DNA of 16,541 nucleotides from Candidatus Thorarchaeota archaeon (lineage in GTDB: Archaea; Asgardarchaeota; Thorarchaeia; Thorarchaeales; Thorarchaeaceae). The notes under the pieces were generated by a model that searched no databases, was not told where the DNA came from, and was given only the letters and a program-made list of their open reading frames with translations. Location of the stretch: assembly GCA_048882325.1 (NCBI GenBank), contig JBHLRS010000030.1, positions 1 to 16,541 on the forward strand. Reading direction: 5' to 3'. Within the stretch, counting starts at the first letter, position 1; each line of letters begins with the position of its first letter. Both the position numbers and the translations under genes were made by a program. Shown here piece by piece: positions 1 to 8,133 of the stretch.

Positions 1-221
1 TGATGTCTGGCGTTGGCTCAATCACCAGTTGGACTCTCAAGAAACGAATGGAGATTCTCAAGAGTGTATCAAAGGTGTCCGAGTCAAACGCCGTGATCAT
101 CGTGGAAGAGGGCAAGGCTGAGGAAAGTGTGTCCGATCTTCCAGTAATTCGACAGCTCGAGCTTGATGGTATTGAAAAGCCACAGGAACTCAAGAAAATA
201 ATCGATGAACGTTCCAGCTAG
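1..221 (+). CDS. 3' end of a predicted archaeal HTH transcriptional regulator (COG1395-like); 5' truncated by the window edge
   Basis: The open frame runs from the window edge to TAG 219-221. 'SGVG..LKKRMEILKSVSKVSESNAVIIVE..LPVIRQLEL..IEKPQELKKIIDER' resembles the C-terminus of COG1395 proteins as I recall them. Confidence 0.6.
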   Translation, partial: MSGVGSITSWTLKKRMEILKSVSKVSESNAVIIVEEGKAEESVSDLPVIRQLELDGIEKPQELKKIIDERSS

Positions 222-231
222 TGATGTGTAT

Positions 232-909
232 TTAGACGAGGGTGGACTGTTCAGTCGTTTCATCGTCAAGGATTTTTCTGACAGAATCCCAGCTCTTTCG
301 AACTATAGGAGGCAATCTCTTACTATTTCTGACCAATTCTCTGACGAAATCAACTGTCTTTGGGTCTGAAGGATATCCTGAACCAAAGTCTCCGTATTTC
401 TTATGATACTCAGAGATAACACGGTCTCTCTCTACCTTTGCGATAATCGAAGCTGCAGAAACAATCGGGTACTTTGAGTCCGCCTTATGTTCTGAGATAA
501 TCTCTATGCCCTTGGAACCAAGTCCACTGAGACTGGCAATCTTCTCTCCGAATCGGTCTGCCTTCACATCAGCCGCGTCAAGGTACACTTTCTGAGGGTT
601 CAGTTTCTTTACTATCGCTACAAACTCAGCGACCTCTATCTCATTTAGGGTCGTTCTCTTCCGCAGTCTGTCAATATCTGCCGCGGTGACCATTCTGATC
701 TCAATCTTGGTTGCAATCTTCTCGATTTTTTCTTTTAATTTCAAACGCCTAGTATGAGTGAGCGTCTTGGAGTCTTTCGCGCCTATCCTTTTGAGCTCCG
801 AAAGTCTAGCAGAATCAGTCAACACGCCACAGATAACCATAGGCCCTATCATTGGTCCACGACCTGCCTCATCAATCCCTGCAACTCCTTTGAGACCGGT
901 CATATCCAT
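232..909 (-). CDS. rnhB: Ribonuclease HII
   Basis: Motifs GIDEAGRGP, AKDSK, LDAAD, HKAD, VSAASIIAKV, GSGYPSDP. The start is ATG 909 or 903. The ORF-track extension to 1071 runs through the tRNA and is spurious. Confidence 0.96.
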   Translation of the reverse strand: MDMTGLKGVAGIDEAGRGPMIGPMVICGVLTDSARLSELKRIGAKDSKTLTHTRRLKLKEKIEKIATKIEIRMVTAADIDRLRKRTTLNEIEVAEFVAIVKKLNPQKVYLDAADVKADRFGEKIASLSGLGSKGIEIISEHKADSKYPIVSAASIIAKVERDRVISEYHKKYGDFGSGYPSDPKTVDFVRELVRNSKRLPPIVRKSWDSVRKILDDETTEQSTLV

Positions 910-954
910 TAGTGAGTCTTGCTGACTTATTACAGTCACGGACAAGAGAAATAA

Positions 955-1092
955 TGGTGGGGTGGATGGGATTCGAACCCACGATCGACGAGTGTCTTCG
1001 TTGACGACGGTCGTTGTTGACCCCGTCCATTTCAGACGCGAAACGCGCCTAGATCTGGAGCCCGTCGCCATACCGGACTAGGCCACCACCCC
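955..1092 (-). tRNA. tRNA-Trp(CCA) with a 61-nt intron at 37/38 (intron 994-1054); 3' CCA encoded
   Basis: Reverse complement: GGGGTGG TG GCCT AGTCCGGTA TGGC G ACGGG CT CCA G [61-nt intron] A CTCGT CGATC GTGGG TTCGAAT CCCAT CCACCCC A CCA. All stems pair and the mature length is 77 nt. Confidence 0.95.
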
Positions 1093-1122
1093 GGGTGTCG
1101 AGAGGCAAGATTCTGGCACAGG

Positions 1123-1136
1123 TTATGAACTTTTCG
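1123..1136 (-). promoter_or_regulatory. Putative BRE/TATA promoter of tRNA-Trp (and possibly rnhB)
   Basis: The minus strand reads CGAAAAG-TTCATAA about 30 nt upstream of the tRNA 5' end. Confidence 0.55.
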
Positions 1137-1158
1137 TCAATCAAAGCCACACCGCATT

Positions 1159-1166
1159 CTATTAAA
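1159..1166 (+). promoter_or_regulatory. Putative TATA box for elp3 (likely leaderless mRNA)
   Basis: CTATTAAA lies about 25 nt before ATG 1191, with no SD in between. Confidence 0.45.
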
Positions 1167-1190
1167 CTGAAAATCTAGATACCCGGAACT

Positions 1191-2795
1191 ATGGCAGCAC
1201 CTATTGACGACTATCATATCCACAGAGAGATAGTTGAGATGCTGCTTGGTTCTCAAGAGCCTCTTAGTAAACAGGTGATCAATCGCATCAAGAACAAGGT
1301 CTCTGCGAAATACAAGTTGGCAAAAACACCTAGAAATGCAGACATACTACAATCCACAATCCCAGAGGAAGCTGAGATACTACGCCCATTTTTACAGAAG
1401 AGACCTGTACGAACTGTATCTGGAGTGGCTGTAGTCGCGACCATGACAACCCCCCATGAATGCCCTCATGGGAAGTGTGCATACTGTCCTGGGGGCCCAG
1501 ACCTTGGCGTTCCTCAGAGTTACACTGGACATGAACCAGCCACCATGCGAGGGATTCAGAACGAGTTCGATCCATTCAGACAGGTGGAGAGTCGGCTCAC
1601 TCAGCTCTCGACGATTGGACACAGTGTAAACAAGGTCGAACTGATCGTGATGGGTGGGGACTGGTGCTCAAAGCCTCCCGAATATCAGGAGTTCTTCGTC
1701 AAAGGATGCCTAGACGCCATGAACGGGTCAATCAGCACTGATATTGAGCAGGCAAAGAGGACAAACGAGACCGCTGATGTCCGCAATGTCGGTCTTACTT
1801 TTGAAACTCGACCTGACTGGGTGACTCAAGAAAGTATAGACACTATGCTCAGGCTCGGGGCCACGCGAGTAGAGATTGGAGTCCAGACCCTCTCCGATGA
1901 GACCCTGCAGAAGGTGGAGCGCGGCCATGGAGTCATGGAGACCGCTTTGGCTTCCAAGATGCTTCGTGATAGCGGTCTGAAAGTGTGCTATCACATCATG
2001 CCCGGTCTCCCTGGAGCAACTGTTGAAAGCGACCTAGGCACCTTCAAACAACTGTTTTCAGACACAAGGTTCCGTCCTGACATGTTGAAGATCTATCCTA
2101 CTGTAGTTGTGAAGAACACAAAGCTCTACGAGTGGTGGCAGGCTGGCGAATACTCCTCATACACAAACGAACAAATCGTTTCTTTGATTGCAGATGCAGT
2201 CAGTGAGATGCCCGAATATGTACGGATTCAGAGAATGCAGAGGGACATCCCACTCCACCAGATAGAGGCTGGACTTAACAAAGGACACCTCCGTGAGATG
2301 GTCCACCAAAGTATGAGTGCTAAAAACCAGAGAAACCCAACAATTCGATACAGGGAGATTGGCCATTTTCAGATGCGGTCTGAGGAGGAAATTGATCTAG
2401 ACAATATTCAGCTTGTGAAACGTGACTATGAAGCATCTGATGGAACTGAAGTCTTCCTGTCGTTTGAGGACAAAGATTTGGATGTACTCTTTGGCTTTCT
2501 CCGTTTGCGGAGTCCTAGCTCAGATACACATCGGCTTGAACTGACCAGGAAACCTTCTGTCATGATTCGCGAACTACGGGTCTATGGCCCAGTCGTGGAC
2601 ATTGGTAAGAGAGACCGAGATGCTTGGCAACATTTAGGTTTGGGAGAGAAACTGATGTCAGAAGCTGAGGAGATAGGACGCACAGATTTTGATGCCACTC
2701 AGATACTGGTGAATAGCGGTATTGGCGTTAAAGAATACTATCGAGCTCTGGGTTATGTCGATGACGGACCTTATCTAGCAAAGAATCTAGCCTAA
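1191..2795 (+). CDS. elp3: Elp3 tRNA U34 carboxymethyltransferase (radical SAM + KAT domains)
   Basis: RPVRTVSGVAVVA, CPHGKCAYCPGG Fe-S motif, PQSYTGHEPA, ETRPD, LKIYPT, RMQRDIP, IRELRVYG, QHLGLG acetyl-CoA motif, GVKEYYR. Confidence 0.96.
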   Translation: MAAPIDDYHIHREIVEMLLGSQEPLSKQVINRIKNKVSAKYKLAKTPRNADILQSTIPEEAEILRPFLQKRPVRTVSGVAVVATMTTPHECPHGKCAYCPGGPDLGVPQSYTGHEPATMRGIQNEFDPFRQVESRLTQLSTIGHSVNKVELIVMGGDWCSKPPEYQEFFVKGCLDAMNGSISTDIEQAKRTNETADVRNVGLTFETRPDWVTQESIDTMLRLGATRVEIGVQTLSDETLQKVERGHGVMETALASKMLRDSGLKVCYHIMPGLPGATVESDLGTFKQLFSDTRFRPDMLKIYPTVVVKNTKLYEWWQAGEYSSYTNEQIVSLIADAVSEMPEYVRIQRMQRDIPLHQIEAGLNKGHLREMVHQSMSAKNQRNPTIRYREIGHFQMRSEEEIDLDNIQLVKRDYEASDGTEVFLSFEDKDLDVLFGFLRLRSPSSDTHRLELTRKPSVMIRELRVYGPVVDIGKRDRDAWQHLGLGEKLMSEAEEIGRTDFDATQILVNSGIGVKEYYRALGYVDDGPYLAKNLA

Positions 2796-3595
2796 ACAGT
2801 TGAAAACACAAGCCCTCTGAGGAAGTCATCTAGTTCTCTGTTGAAGAACTCGGGATTTTCTAGGTTTGGAACATGTCCCGAACTAGGTACAATCACTTTT
2901 CGAGAATTCTTAATCAACTCAACCATTTTGTCTGCATGTGGAAAAACTGCTTTTCTCTCGTTCTCTCCCAGAATAACAAGAGTTGGAACATTAATGGTAT
3001 CGATTGGTAAGAGCTTGAACGAGTATATGGCATCAGTGATCTTCAAGAGTTCCTCTTTTCTTAATTTCAGCTGCTCCTGTATCAGGTAATTTCTGATATC
3101 CTCACTAATATCGAAGTACTTGAATGACCAATTAGCATACCCCTCATCACTCATTCGTCTAATTGTCCATTTCACCATCCACGAAGGAAACACTGCTTTC
3201 GTTAGTTTATCGGATTTCGTAAGGGCCGCTGCAACAGCTGTATCTGAGAGAACCAGTCCTTTGAGATTTGATTGATATTTCACAGCATACTCTTGAGCTA
3301 CCATTCCTCCAAGAGAGAGACCTATGACCACAGGTTCCTGAAGTCCAAGCCGGTCAATCAACTGATGAAGGTCATCTGCAAACAACTCGCATGTGTATTT
3401 GTCATCAGACCCCTCTGATTTTTGATGTCCTCTAAGGTCATAGGTGATCACATTGTAGGTCCCAGAGAAATGCTCGACCTGGGGTTTCCACATATCATGA
3501 GATGCTCCAGCCCCATGGATGAAGATTAATGGTGGTCCCGCTTCTCCATGCTGTTCATAATATGTTTGGATATTTCCGGTCTGAACAAAGGGCAT
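2792..3595 (-). CDS. Alpha/beta-fold hydrolase (enol-lactonase/esterase-like)
   Basis: FIHGAG oxyanion motif, YDLRGH, GLSLGG nucleophile elbow, GENE acid region, SGHVPNLE catalytic His. Its stop overlaps the elp3 stop (convergent genes). Confidence 0.9.
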   Translation of the reverse strand: MPFVQTGNIQTYYEQHGEAGPPLIFIHGAGASHDMWKPQVEHFSGTYNVITYDLRGHQKSEGSDDKYTCELFADDLHQLIDRLGLQEPVVIGLSLGGMVAQEYAVKYQSNLKGLVLSDTAVAAALTKSDKLTKAVFPSWMVKWTIRRMSDEGYANWSFKYFDISEDIRNYLIQEQLKLRKEELLKITDAIYSFKLLPIDTINVPTLVILGENERKAVFPHADKMVELIKNSRKVIVPSSGHVPNLENPEFFNRELDDFLRGLVFSTV

Positions 3596-3629
3596 GCCGT
3601 TTGATTGTTTGATGACAAGAAAAACGTAC

Positions 3630-4910
3630 CTACCCAGGGGTGCCTTTTCCTGAATAGTCCAGCCACTTTTCCATTATTGACCGAGAATCCTTGCCCAGTT
3701 TCTTCTGCACCAATTCTAGAAACATGTCAGATGTTATTGATTCACTTTTGTTACATATAGCAGCAAAATCACGCATAAGCTTCCTGAACTCTGAAACCCC
3801 AACTGAGTTTGCAACTTCATTCAGCAATAGAAAACCACGGTAATAGAAGGCTGCATAGGACTCATCCTTCTCCCGGACCAAGCTTTTGATTGATGGGAGG
3901 TCTCCCGATTCCTCAAGAAGATTCAGAGTCTTCTTTATGCGTGTTTCCAGAAACTCACCATTCACATAATCATTGACAATATGTATCGAGCAAAATTCAG
4001 CAAGCGCTTCGTCAACCCAATTATCGTACGTCATAGGAGATGCCTTGCAGAACCAGTCATGACATATCTCGTGACACATTGCTTGGAGGACTGAATTTCT
4101 TGCGCTTGATTCGGTAGGATATCCACCTCCCACAACAACCATCCCTGCTCTTGCATAGGCTCCTCCCTGCTGACGAGGTGTAATCACGAATCTAAGTGGT
4201 GCATCGGTCACTCTAGGACCCAACCAGTCTTCCAGCATCCCCCGCAGCTTGTGAATGTGCTCGTCAAACACCTTCTGAGAGCCCACCATCCTCTTTGTTC
4301 CCCAGAAAAAGCTTTCAGGATCGATATGTGCATCCCGGAGCGGCATTCCTACCAGAGTGATGTCATTCACCTGACGATTCTGGTTCCATGTCCAGATAGA
4401 AATTCCGTCAGATGATTCAGAACCACTACTTTCTCCATTAGCATCCCATGTCCAATCAGACGGGCCCTCCAATGTGAAATGAAATGACATGTAGGTCTCC
4501 ATACTCAGCGGTACTGGGTACCAAGCGCTATAACAAGCAAGCTCGACAAAGTCGCTCTTGATGTATCCCATAACTGGCATCTGTGAATCTTTCTTTGGCG
4601 GATGAATCTGCCCACTGTACTCAAAATCAATCACTACTTGATCTTGGTCCGGTTCATGTGGTTCAACCGATGCCTCTACTACCCAAAGGTCTCCATTATA
4701 GAACCGTGGGACTTCCACCTCATCAGTTCGATACAGATTTGCAGATTGCGATTCATCCCCAATGCGCTGCGTCATATTCTTCAATCTCAAACCACGATTA
4801 AGCACGAAGAGGAACTTTGTTTGTTGTTCTGGAATGTTGACTTTACCTTTGACACTCAGCGTCCCCTTTTTGGGTACAATCTTACAGCTGAGGTCATAAT
4901 GAGTAAACAT
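3630..4910 (-). CDS. M1-family-like (gluzincin) zinc aminopeptidase
   Basis: HEICH at 4059-4073, then WVDEALAEF and a downstream YYRG (M1-type Tyr). The start is placed at ATG 4910 behind AGGTGA. The longer track start overlaps the thiolase. Confidence 0.8.
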   Translation of the reverse strand: MFTHYDLSCKIVPKKGTLSVKGKVNIPEQQTKFLFVLNRGLRLKNMTQRIGDESQSANLYRTDEVEVPRFYNGDLWVVEASVEPHEPDQDQVVIDFEYSGQIHPPKKDSQMPVMGYIKSDFVELACYSAWYPVPLSMETYMSFHFTLEGPSDWTWDANGESSGSESSDGISIWTWNQNRQVNDITLVGMPLRDAHIDPESFFWGTKRMVGSQKVFDEHIHKLRGMLEDWLGPRVTDAPLRFVITPRQQGGAYARAGMVVVGGGYPTESSARNSVLQAMCHEICHDWFCKASPMTYDNWVDEALAEFCSIHIVNDYVNGEFLETRIKKTLNLLEESGDLPSIKSLVREKDESYAAFYYRGFLLLNEVANSVGVSEFRKLMRDFAAICNKSESITSDMFLELVQKKLGKDSRSIMEKWLDYSGKGTPG

Positions 4911-5017
4911 CTCAAGGCACATCACCTTTGAGTGCAAACGCACCTTTTGAATAGATTGAATCCGAATATCCTGTTGATAAAAAAGAGATAAAACTGAGAA
5001 AAGCAGAGGTCCTCGAC

Positions 5018-6289
5018 ATGAAAGAAGTATGGTTGGTTGATTACGCACGAACCCCTTTCTCACGATCACGTCCGCAAAAACCGGAGACCGATGCATTTGG
5101 TGAGATTAGGGGTGATGAGCTACTGTCCCGTTTGCTCATGAAATTCTTTGATGGCTCCTTGGCAGATAAGGGGATTGAGAAGAAGGATATCGATGAGATA
5201 ACAATCGGAGTGGCTTCAGGAGTCCTTGAGAACTGGACGTACGGTGGCAAAATTCCTGCCATCTTGTCTGGATTTCCACATGAGGTGCCTTCTATCTTCG
5301 TTGACCGCCAATGTGGTTCTGCTGGTTCTGGTATGCACATTGGTATAATGGAAATCATGACTGGGTTCAGTACGACTGTTCTATCATCTGGTTTTGAGCA
5401 TATGACACGAGTGAGAGGAACAGGTGTAGACCCCAACTTCTCATTCGGTGATGAGAAATCGGAATTCTACAGACCTGGCTTGGATGTACAAACAGTCTTC
5501 AACATGTTGCAGACAGCCCAGAAGCTGTACGAGGAGGAGGTTCCCCAATTCACCAAAGAAGACATGGACAAATTTGGTGTGAGAAGTCACAATCTGACCG
5601 TAAAGAATCAGGAGAGCGGATGGTTCAAAGGTGAGATTATACCAATGGAGGGACACGTACCTGGAAATGTTGATGAGCCTATGCTAGTTGATAGGGACTT
5701 GAGTGCCCGTCCCTCTACTCTTGAGAAGGTTTCAACTCTACCACGAGTATCCACACCCTTCTATATTGAGAAGAATGGTGGAAAGGAGGGCTACATCAAA
5801 CGAGAGGGGACTGATGAGGGAGTGATTACTCCGGGTAACGCATCACCACTGAATGCTGGTGCAACTGCTGCAGTTCTGATGGAGGCTGAGGCGGCAAAGA
5901 AAAGAGGCATTGAGCCAATGGCACGTATTGTGTCCATGGGCTGGGCTGGAGTCGATCCAACAGTCATGGGTCGTGGACCTGTTCCTGCTACAATCAAAGC
6001 TCTCAAACATGCTGGATTAAGTGCTGATGACATTGACTTCTGGGAGATAAACGAAGCCTTCTGCATTGTAGCACTCAACTGCATGGACAAACTGAATATT
6101 CCGGAAGAGAAGGTCAATGTCATGGGTGGATCAACCGCGATTGGACATCCCCTTGGTTCAACAATGATCAGATTGACCGGAACACTTGCAAGAATTCTCA
6201 AAGACAACAAGGCGAAGTATGGTGTTGCTAATGCTTGTGTCGGTGGAGGCCAAGGCGTAGCAACCGTTATTGAGAACCTAGACGCATAA
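5018..6289 (+). CDS. Acetyl-CoA C-acyltransferase (thiolase)
   Basis: YARTPF, DRQCGS (nucleophile Cys), TPGNASPLNAGA, EINEAF, AIGHPLG, ACVGGGQG. There is a GAGG SD-like element upstream. Confidence 0.95.
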   Translation: MKEVWLVDYARTPFSRSRPQKPETDAFGEIRGDELLSRLLMKFFDGSLADKGIEKKDIDEITIGVASGVLENWTYGGKIPAILSGFPHEVPSIFVDRQCGSAGSGMHIGIMEIMTGFSTTVLSSGFEHMTRVRGTGVDPNFSFGDEKSEFYRPGLDVQTVFNMLQTAQKLYEEEVPQFTKEDMDKFGVRSHNLTVKNQESGWFKGEIIPMEGHVPGNVDEPMLVDRDLSARPSTLEKVSTLPRVSTPFYIEKNGGKEGYIKREGTDEGVITPGNASPLNAGATAAVLMEAEAAKKRGIEPMARIVSMGWAGVDPTVMGRGPVPATIKALKHAGLSADDIDFWEINEAFCIVALNCMDKLNIPEEKVNVMGGSTAIGHPLGSTMIRLTGTLARILKDNKAKYGVANACVGGGQGVATVIENLDA

Positions 6290-6321
6290 CCGACGCCAAT
6301 CTGGAAAATAGGAGAACTCGG

Positions 6322-6939
6322 GTGGTAGTTGTGAACATATTCCATATCCTAGCAATCTGTGGAATGCTTAGTCCAATCATCTACACATTCATGTGGATTA
6401 TTGGAGGTGTCTTGCAACCAGAGTACAGTCACATTCGACAGGATGTGAGTTCGCTCGTTGCTACTAATGCACCAAACAAGAAACTGCTTGACAAGTTCAT
6501 TATCTCATCCAGCGTTCTCCTCTTCATATTCTATCTAGGAATGCACTGGGGAATAAACAATGGAGTCGGCTCTATCGTAGGACCTGTCTTATTTGTGATA
6601 AGTGGGCTCCTTGGAGTTCTCGTTGCGTTGTTCTTTCCCCTTGACCCTGGTGGCGAACTAGTGACAACTCGAGGGAAACTCCACCTAGGTCTAATATCCA
6701 TCTCAGGCTTCCTAGCCACGGCTGGGATGGCTACACTATGGTTTAGACTGGAATCAGTTACAGAATGGAGTGCCTTTGCGACATTTTCACTGATTACAGC
6801 TATTGTGTCACTCACACTAGCAATAGCCACATCTGCAGCTACAAAGACCAATTACCTTGGTCTAGTGGAGAGATTCATGGTCAGCACATATCAGATCTAC
6901 TACTTTGTTCTTGCTTTGATGGTGTTTCTAACCAATTAG
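6322..6939 (+). CDS. Multi-pass membrane protein, DUF998-like
   Basis: About five to six hydrophobic segments with PEYSHIRQDVSSL, FPLDP..LH and GLVER motifs typical of DUF998. The GTG start follows AGGAG. Confidence 0.75.
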   Translation: MVVVNIFHILAICGMLSPIIYTFMWIIGGVLQPEYSHIRQDVSSLVATNAPNKKLLDKFIISSSVLLFIFYLGMHWGINNGVGSIVGPVLFVISGLLGVLVALFFPLDPGGELVTTRGKLHLGLISISGFLATAGMATLWFRLESVTEWSAFATFSLITAIVSLTLAIATSAATKTNYLGLVERFMVSTYQIYYFVLALMVFLTN

Positions 6940-6947
6940 AACGGTTT

Positions 6948-7724
6948 CTAGACACTGTATCTTGCAACTCCTGGATGTTCGAGGAACTCCCAATCACCGT
7001 GAACTCCAAACGATCGTGCTCCGAGCTCCAGATGAAGCATAGCGATTCCACAATCGAGTCTCCTTGAAATCCTAAATTCTCCTCTCTTACTGTCAACCGA
7101 AACAGTAATGGATCCCTCATCAATCCCAAATCTCCAAGGCTGTCTATTGGTTGCTGATGGTGCAACCCTAGCAGCCTCCAGAGCTGGTCTAGCCCAATCT
7201 ATGTCATCGACAGCCCCACTCAAAACGAGACTGTCGAGACTCCTTCTTCTGTATGGTTTGGTAGAAACACCAACACGGTCTCTCTCGTTCTTCGAGTATC
7301 CAATGGGTGTGATGCCCAGGACTTGCTCTTTCCCCTTAAGGTCTACGTGTTTTAAGACTGATTCACGTCTATAGAACCCTCCAACCCAACATGTATTCAG
7401 ACCAAGAACCGTAGCCTCTAGAATGACTCCCTCTCCCAAATATCCCATAGTCGCTTGAACATTGGATACACCCATGTCGCCGATGAAAGCAATGTAGAAT
7501 GGAGTTTCTTTCACTTTGTAGAAGAACTCGCCTATTGCTCCCTTGAAAACGTCTTTTCCAGAATCCCTCACAAAGACTGCTCTTGCTCCTGAAAAAGGCC
7601 TGAACTCATTACAGACTTGCTCGATTTTAGCTACCAAATCATCCTCTGGCAACTCTCCTGAATACCGCCTATGTGAGTGTCTAAGAAAAATCGCGTCATA
7701 CCAGGAATCTACAGGAAGCTCCAT
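6948..7724 (-). CDS. Nitroreductase-family flavoprotein (two-domain)
   Basis: AIFLRHSHRRY, GYLGEGVILEATVLGLNTCWVGG, APSATNRQPW, LDCGIAMLHLEL. The start is ATG 7724 or TTG 7739. Confidence 0.88.
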   Translation of the reverse strand: MELPVDSWYDAIFLRHSHRRYSGELPEDDLVAKIEQVCNEFRPFSGARAVFVRDSGKDVFKGAIGEFFYKVKETPFYIAFIGDMGVSNVQATMGYLGEGVILEATVLGLNTCWVGGFYRRESVLKHVDLKGKEQVLGITPIGYSKNERDRVGVSTKPYRRRSLDSLVLSGAVDDIDWARPALEAARVAPSATNRQPWRFGIDEGSITVSVDSKRGEFRISRRLDCGIAMLHLELGARSFGVHGDWEFLEHPGVARYSV

Positions 7725-7809
7725 CAGACATACTCTCAACTAAACAAATATCGAAACCGAATGTACATTAGTGCATCCTATAGCTGCAAAAAAGGAGCGG
7801 CACCTACCA

Positions 7810-8123
7810 CCATCTTGCTTGGCTCATGATGGATCCACAAAACTTTCCTCATCATATCTGGGTGGCACCGCCGAAGACTCTGGCGAGAGCATCTCGCATT
7901 TGGGTGACGGAGTGATGATAAGTGGTAGAACAGCATCAACAGATTTTCCGTGTTCAGATGATGCGTACCAAATCAAAATGGTGGCTCCTACGATGTCTAT
8001 CTTTGTCGAATACACTTTACTCCAACTACACAAGAGCTGTATCCTATGTTTGTCCCAATGTTAGTTGTAGTGGTAATTGTTGCTGCACTAGGTGGAGTAG
8101 TCTTGCTGAAGAAATCGCGCTGA
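7810..8123 (+). pseudogene. Remnant of an SBBP/beta-propeller-repeat surface protein with a C-terminal membrane anchor (5' truncated, frameshifted near 7975)
   Basis: One frame reads LAHDGSTKLSSSYLGGTAEDSGESI..ISGRTASTDFPCSDDAYQ. The -1 frame continues QNGGSYDVYLCRI..MLVVVVIVAALGGVVLLKKSR-TGA(8121-8123). Together these make one SBBP-type repeat plus a TM helix and basic tail. Confidence 0.75.
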
Positions 8124-8133
8124 GAATGAGATT
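8112..8133 (-). repeat. Degenerate direct repeat of the tRNA-Ser 3' end (att-like)
   Basis: aaatcgcgctgagaatgagatt (8112-8133) vs aaatggcgccgaggatgagatt (10347-10368): 19/22 identical, same orientation. Confidence 0.55.

Noticed and set aside
994-1054. Box C/D or H/ACA guide RNA within the Trp intron
   Set aside because: There is no box C and no target-complementary guide. The terminal ACA spans the splice junction as the 3' bulge, and there is no clear pseudouridylation pocket.
910-1071. N-terminal extension of RNase HII in the ORF track
   Set aside because: It runs through the tRNA-Trp gene and intron. Homology begins near the GIDEAGRG motif.
1191-2795. Elp3 as the activating enzyme for the GRE
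   Set aside because: It is a typical radical SAM-KAT Elp3, not a PflA-family activase.
4911-5096. Long N-terminal extension of the M1-like peptidase
   Set aside because: It overlaps the divergent thiolase start and the AT-rich promoter region. An SD supports the start at 4910.
5041-6345. Antisense ORFs of 60-184 aa here and over other genes in the window
   Set aside because: They are shadows of well-supported genes on the opposite strand, with no recognisable motifs.
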